From: Eledone cirrhosa
Taxonomy: Eukaryota
DNA: 53,191 nucleotides
Direction of reading: 5' to 3'
NCBI GenBank assembly: GCA_964016885.1
Contig: CAXHJY010001463.1
Span: 1-53,191 of the forward strand
Shown in pieces: positions 47,848-53,191 of this stretch. Position 1 is the stretch's first letter. Every line of letters starts with the position of its first letter. A program made the translations under genes and the position numbers. The notes beneath the pieces were generated by a model. It saw nothing but the letters and a program-made list of their open reading frames with translations, was not told the DNA's origin and made no database searches.

Positions 47848-48385
47848 TCAGGTCGCTCTCGAGTGCTACTGGTAACATGTAACCCAGTACAACCTGTGTC
47901 ATGGTCGGTTCATCGGCGACTAAACCGCCAAACCCACCAAGTTTTCTTGGTGAGGAGGGTGATATTTTGACACCCTTTGGAATGAAATACAAGACCCGGC
48001 AAAGGACGGAGGAACTCAGCAGAGACAACGGCCATCCAAATAGCACCTTTTTTCTTTTTTTTTTTTTTTTACCTGGGAGTGAAAGGCCTCCAGTTGTTGT
48101 CACAACACCTTTCTAAGAGAGGGAAACTCTGAAAAAGAAACTACAGCTTCGGAAGCATCTGATGATGTTGACCAGTTCTCATTTTCGGGTAGTGTTTTCG
48201 ATGCTCAGAGAGTGGGATTGGTCGATTGAAAGGCCTTTCCCCACTTAAAAACCTTCGAAGCACAGGCATTGCTTGCTCAAGATCTGTTACAGGTTCGTGT
48301 GGCTGACCGTAGCTTTAAAGTGCCCCGTTTTCTGTCATCTGACAAGCGATTGCAATACGCTTAGCAGAGTTTGCAACCATCATCC
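47848..48385 (+). mobile_element. Diverged subfamily of the RTE-derived element
   Basis: Same 5' start (tcaggtc...gtgctactggtaacatgta) and collinear blocks cttggtgaggagggtga, ggccatccaaa, gaaactctga, gagagtggga, gcacaggcattgctt; different 3' part. Confidence 0.75.
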
Positions 48386-48455
48386 ATCTAAGTATGTTTG
48401 TATTTATGTATTTATGTATGTATGTATGTATGTATGTATGTATGTATATACGAAT

Positions 48456-49002
48456 GTAACATGTATTCCAGTACAACCTGTCCTATGGTCGGGTCGTTGG
48501 CGACGAAACTGGCAACCCCACCAAGGTTTCTTGGTGAGGAGGGTGACTTTGGACATCCTGTAGGACTAAAAGCAAAACCTGTCAAAGGGCAAAGGAGCTC
48601 TTAAGAGTCAATGGCCATCCAAAATCACTAGGAGAGATGACCCCTTAGCCTTTGTCAAGGCAGAATTATAAGAGAAGGAAAACTCTATTACACCTGCAAC
48701 CCCGATGGTAAATATCATCTTGGTTAAGAGAGTAGGAATGGCTTTGTGCAGTGCCTTTGTTCACTATAAAAGCTTCACGGCACATACATTGCTTTATATC
48801 TGGAGATCTCTCTGCACTTGTCATCACAGGGTACCATGGGCCCAGCACTATGTGTCAATAATTGTCACAAGTGTAGTGTTTGTACCAGAGTTTTCAAGTC
48901 GCTGGCTGGACTAAAAAGTCACACTCGTTCAGTGCATCGGTAGGAGTTCTCCTACATGGATATAAAGTAGTGGCCGTTCTCGAAAACGAGTTGGCAGCCA
49001 CC
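48456..49002 (+). mobile_element. RTE-derived element, nearly full-length copy
   Basis: Reverse complement of 1136-1716 with a small internal deletion. Confidence 0.85.
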
Positions 49003-49043
49003 ATATATATATGTATGTATATATGTATGAACGGATATGTAGA

Positions 49044-49135
49044 CCCATAACTCCTGATAGTGTTGTAGGGGCCCATCTCCTTTCCAAGTCTGATTACAGC
49101 GGACTTCTTCCAGAGAGGGATAGAGAGTGAGAGAA
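49044..49135 (-). mobile_element. Fragment of the long SINE tail
   Basis: taactcctgatagtgttgtagggg...tacagcggacttcttccagagag matches 44299-44420. Confidence 0.6.
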
Positions 49136-49513
49136 GTCGGCCAAACAGGTAATCGCACAAGTGAATACGCATCGTGAAAACCGACCGAACGCCCATTGAT
49201 TTCATATAGATGTGTATCTTAACCTATATATTTAAATACTCTTGTTTACGCTAGAATAAACTTCGAAATCCTAACAACTGTAAGTGTATAATGATAACTT
49301 ATGAAACATTAAGCGTTGTGTATCATTGCTTTCATCAATATCTCCATTAGTTCTTATTATTTTCTTGCATTTTGTGATTCATATTACTTAATTGCATTTA
49401 TAGATGAGTAACCTAATTGGATAGAATCTACTTGAAAAATAATTGAGCCGGAAACCTTGAGGCGCAGCCGTTTAACTTAGAAATACATATTATTATTATT
49501 ATTATTATCGTAT

Positions 49514-49674
49514 GGTAGAGGGTCAGACATGCTTTCCAGCGTAGTTACGTCCCTTTACGATCTGAGTTCAAATCCCGCCGAGGTTAACTTTGCCTTTCAT
49601 CCTTACAGGGTAGATAAAATAAAGTACCAGTAATACACTGGGTAATTGCTGGCCTTGTGCCAAAAGTAGAAACA
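49514..49674 (+). mobile_element. SINE S1, 5'-truncated
   Basis: B-box, core and tail within an (ATT)n tract. Confidence 0.9.
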
Positions 49675-49753
49675 ATTATTATTAGTATCGTCATCATCAC
49701 CATCGTCATATTATTATTATTATTATTATTATTTTCATTTTCTTTCATTATTG

Positions 49754-49860
49754 TTTCTGAGATATATGACGAGTGTCTTCCTCACACCTAGAGCAAATAA
49801 ATTCAGTGTGCATTGATGAGCCAGTTAATACAGCACATTGATTATAATTTTTAAAAAAAA
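49754..49860 (-). mobile_element. Second copy of the ~105 bp (AAT)n-tailed repeat
   Basis: Homologous to 25558-25665. Confidence 0.65.
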
Positions 49861-50424
49861 AATGATTATTATTATTAAAAAACAAATAACGAAACGAAAT
49901 TAAAAACCCGGTCCGTCTGTGTGGTTACATACAGACTAGCTGACACTCACTGTAAAGTGTCTAGTGAAAAACTGAGTACATGTACATATGTATACATGTG
50001 TGTATTTATATGCATACTAATACTTCCGTATACATATGTAGATGTACACTTTAACTTAATTGATTATTATTATTGTTATAGCATTTGCTAACTCACAGTG
50101 AAATGTAACTCACTACGGTAAACAATTCCTTTGTATCGTGGATATAGAATGAGCATATGTCCTTAATTAATACATATATAATAATCTATGCAGTTTATTT
50201 GAAGTAAATATCCTGAAAATACTTTACAAAACACATACTCATAAACACCTATACATACACACACACACACACACATATACATATATATATTTAGGTTTGT
50301 TGGTTCACCACTGGATAGAACTGGTCATAGTATAATAAACCTTTCAAGGATTTACACCAGTCCAGCCTCCTGTTACTTGATTTATATATATATGAATATA
50401 TGTATATGAATGCAAGGAATGATG

Positions 50425-50495
50425 GGTGGCGTGTTGGTGTAATGGTAACACATTGGGCTGACAGACAAAAGAAGTTGTGGGTTTGTGTCCCATGT
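50425..50495 (+). mobile_element. Decayed tRNA-derived SINE head
   Basis: A-box-like TGGTGTAATGG and degenerate B-box GGTTTGTGTCC at tRNA-like spacing. Confidence 0.35.
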
Positions 50496-50781
50496 ACATC
50501 ATCATTCTTTCCATTCAGAGGGGGTTTTTTTTTAAATCCCAACTAACAGACTAATTCTATTTTGTCAAATACGGCGTAAGCACATGATACTACCTAATTT
50601 TCAAATTCGCTAGCCGTTTGTAAACAAAGCCTGCTTGGTGTTTCCATATTTATATACAGGTAAATATCTCAAATTCTGGACGATATCGTTTCTGTGCAAT
50701 ATAACTTCAGAAATGTAGATATTACATCCGCAATGTTCAGAAAATCACGCAATATCAGCGAATATTTACGTAATATTTACG

Positions 50782-50832
<51 letters not shown>

Positions 50833-51668
50833 GTTAAATCGGATCATGAGGACAATGTCTCCATTGGTCTGTCCATTGTTAATACTATCTACCGGTTGCA
50901 ACTCCTGGCGGAAAGTGCCGCGGGAAATAAAGTGCCTTGCCTGTCCTGGAATTGAACTTGCAAGCTCATTAATGCAAATACAGCTCCCTAGCTACTATTG
51001 AACGGTGTTAATTGAAAATTTGAACATTGAATTAGAAGCTTTCGCAGTTTTTACTACAGAAAATAGTCTCATAATAGCCATATAAGCCCTCTTACTGAAC
51101 ACAATGGGCGTCGATTATGGGTAAGAGTATATAACTGAAATATCTGAAGAAACCAAACTCTGTTTCTATGCTACAGAACGATAAACAATATTCCTTAGTC
51201 GCGAATATTATTGATTCAGACATATCAATGTCTAATATAATTATCTATTTCGTTAATCTCTTACTCTACTTCTAGATCTTTCTTTCATCCTTACTTCAAA
51301 CTGTATTTTATCTCTTATCTCTTCAACATCATCTCTCCTATGCCCTCAATGTTTTCTTTCTTTCGTTTTTTTCTTCGGCTTTGTTTTTCCCCTTCTTCAT
51401 TTCTCATCACTTCCCACTTGACCATTTCTATATCATGTGTTGTTATATCTTTATTATTATATATCATAATATATATTTTCTCATCTTATCATGAGACCTT
51501 TCTTTACATCTATCGAATTGTCTATGGTGTATTGTGTTTGGGAATTTTAAATGATTAAATATTAAAACATTGATAATTTTGATCGCACTTAATGTTTGAT
51601 GTTTGAAAACAAGACAAATAATTCTTATATAAGATTATACATATACATGCACCCACCATATATTTACA

Positions 51669-51669
<1 letters not shown>

Positions 51670-51757
<88 letters not shown>
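51670..51757. repeat. (TC)n-(TA)n microsatellite
   Basis: Directly visible. Confidence 0.95.
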
Positions 51758-51759
<2 letters not shown>

Positions 51760-52339
51760 TTATCTCATCTTTTTAATTGTTACTTCTCAAAATTACCCTC
51801 AACATCAGCCGTATGGGGTAACATTGAGATCAGTTCTATGAAGGCCTGCTTTATCTGTACCTATATCAACTATCAATAGCCTGAGTATAAATGTGATAAT
51901 CAAAATATTACTGATACCATGGTTATCAACGTCTATGCGATATTACATAACAGAATGACTAGAGGATTGAACATATCCATGTGCCATGTTTGGTTTATAA
52001 ACTTTATATGTTCAAGTCTCGAGGAAAAACACTTTGGCGATCATCATTGCGGGGGGGGGGGGGTTATTAGACATAACACACAGAAACATACTGGGTTTTT
52101 TTCCTATCGAATATTTCATCAATGTAATAGGTGTTATTGTTCATGTGACAGTAACCAACCCTTTCAACAACAGGATTATTCATATTTATGTGCTAATATC
52201 TACAATGTCATAGCAGCACCGGCTTCACCACATTGATATTAACAGCACCGTTTAGATGTTACTAGATATGAGTACATCAGCCACATATACATTTTGTTCT
52301 AAACCTATAAGGAATAGACTTCCTCCCCAGGAATGTTGT

Positions 52340-52615
52340 GGAGGCACATGGCCTAGTGGTAAGAGTGTTGGACTTACGATCATAATGTCGTGGGCTCGAT
52401 TCCTGGGTTGCGTCTTGTGTTCTTCACCAAAACACGTTGCTCCAGTATACTCAGTTGAAAATGAGTACCAGCAATAGTTGGAGGTTTAACCCTGCGATGG
52501 ACTGGCGTCCTGTCCTGGGGAGAGTCTTGTAATCTCAGTCGCTTCACGCCATGAAACCGGCATAAGCACCGGCCAAATGAGCCTTCTGGCTTAAGACAGA
52601 CTTTAGACTTTTAGA
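52340..52615 (+). mobile_element. Full-length tRNA-derived SINE (family S2), 10 bp TSD
   Basis: A-box TGGCCTAGTGG, B-box GGCTCGATTCC, body aaatgagtaccagc...aaccctgcgatggactggcgtcctgtcc...gaaaccggcataagc, (agacttt)n tail. caggaatgtt occurs at 52328-52337 and 52616-52625. Confidence 0.85.
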
Positions 52616-53112
52616 CAGGAATGTTATACAGTGCACACCACACTGGTTAATACGATAAGGCAACGATCTCAAAGCATCGGCATGCGTAGAACCGAATGTA
52701 ACTCTGGTGGTATAGATAACAATATTTGTATTTAAGAGTTATAGCGTAAATCTAGTACATCTATGTAGGTTTTTACAACGAGTAAGGGGATTGATGTTGA
52801 TGAAAAGCCGATATTGGTGTATTGCAGGAATAGCTGTAGGTATGCCTCAGTTAGAACATAATTCCTTTTATCAAACATTGACAACGACTCCGGTATTGAA
52901 ACACTCTGTAATATACACATAAGTTACATGTATATACACACACAGAGAGACATAGAGAGACACAGAAAAACTCACACAAACACGTGTGTGTGTGTGTCTG
53001 TGTGTGGTTGTGTGAGTCTGTGTGTGGCTGTGTGAGTGTGTGTGAGTCTGTGTGTGGCTGTGCCGATAGGCATTGTCTGTATTGTTGCATGCGTATAGTC
53101 TTTTTTGTGTAG

Positions 53113-53142
<30 letters not shown>

Positions 53143-53144
<2 letters not shown>

Positions 53145-53191
53145 TTATTAAAATAACAGATTAAAGTTTAAGCATAGAATCGCTGCTTTCA
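53143..53191. repeat. Second copy of the 24749-24852 palindrome arm, cut by the window end
   Basis: atttattaaaataacagattaaagtttaagcatagaatcgctgctttca next to a TA tract. Confidence 0.85.

Noticed and set aside
48510-48546. Twister ribozyme suggested by AACCCCACC...GAGGAGGG
   Set aside because: Lacks the P4/L4 loop needed for the pseudoknots; folds as a simple bulged hairpin

Overview
AT-rich eukaryotic non-coding DNA, most likely from an octopus or related cephalopod (inferred from the huge TA/CA microsatellites and the SINE families). I find no credible host protein-coding exon, and every long ORF in the track is a translation artefact of (TA/CA)n arrays. The window contains: (1) kb-scale compound microsatellites and two minisatellites; (2) more than a dozen copies of a tRNA-derived SINE, several with ATTATT-starting target-site duplications (TSDs) and some with an alternative long tail; (3) a 5'-truncated R4/Dong-type non-LTR retrotransposon endonuclease fragment; (4) a ~600 bp non-autonomous RTE-derived element (three copies plus a diverged relative) with a structured 5' end and a C2H2 remnant; and (5), the most interesting signal, six type I hammerhead ribozyme motifs in four unrelated sequence families (one with a U3-A8 core variant), together with several fold-back palindromes sitting in TA tracts. 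This combination is the signature of Penelope-like or retrozyme-like retroelements. All structures were folded by eye; nothing was computed or database-searched.
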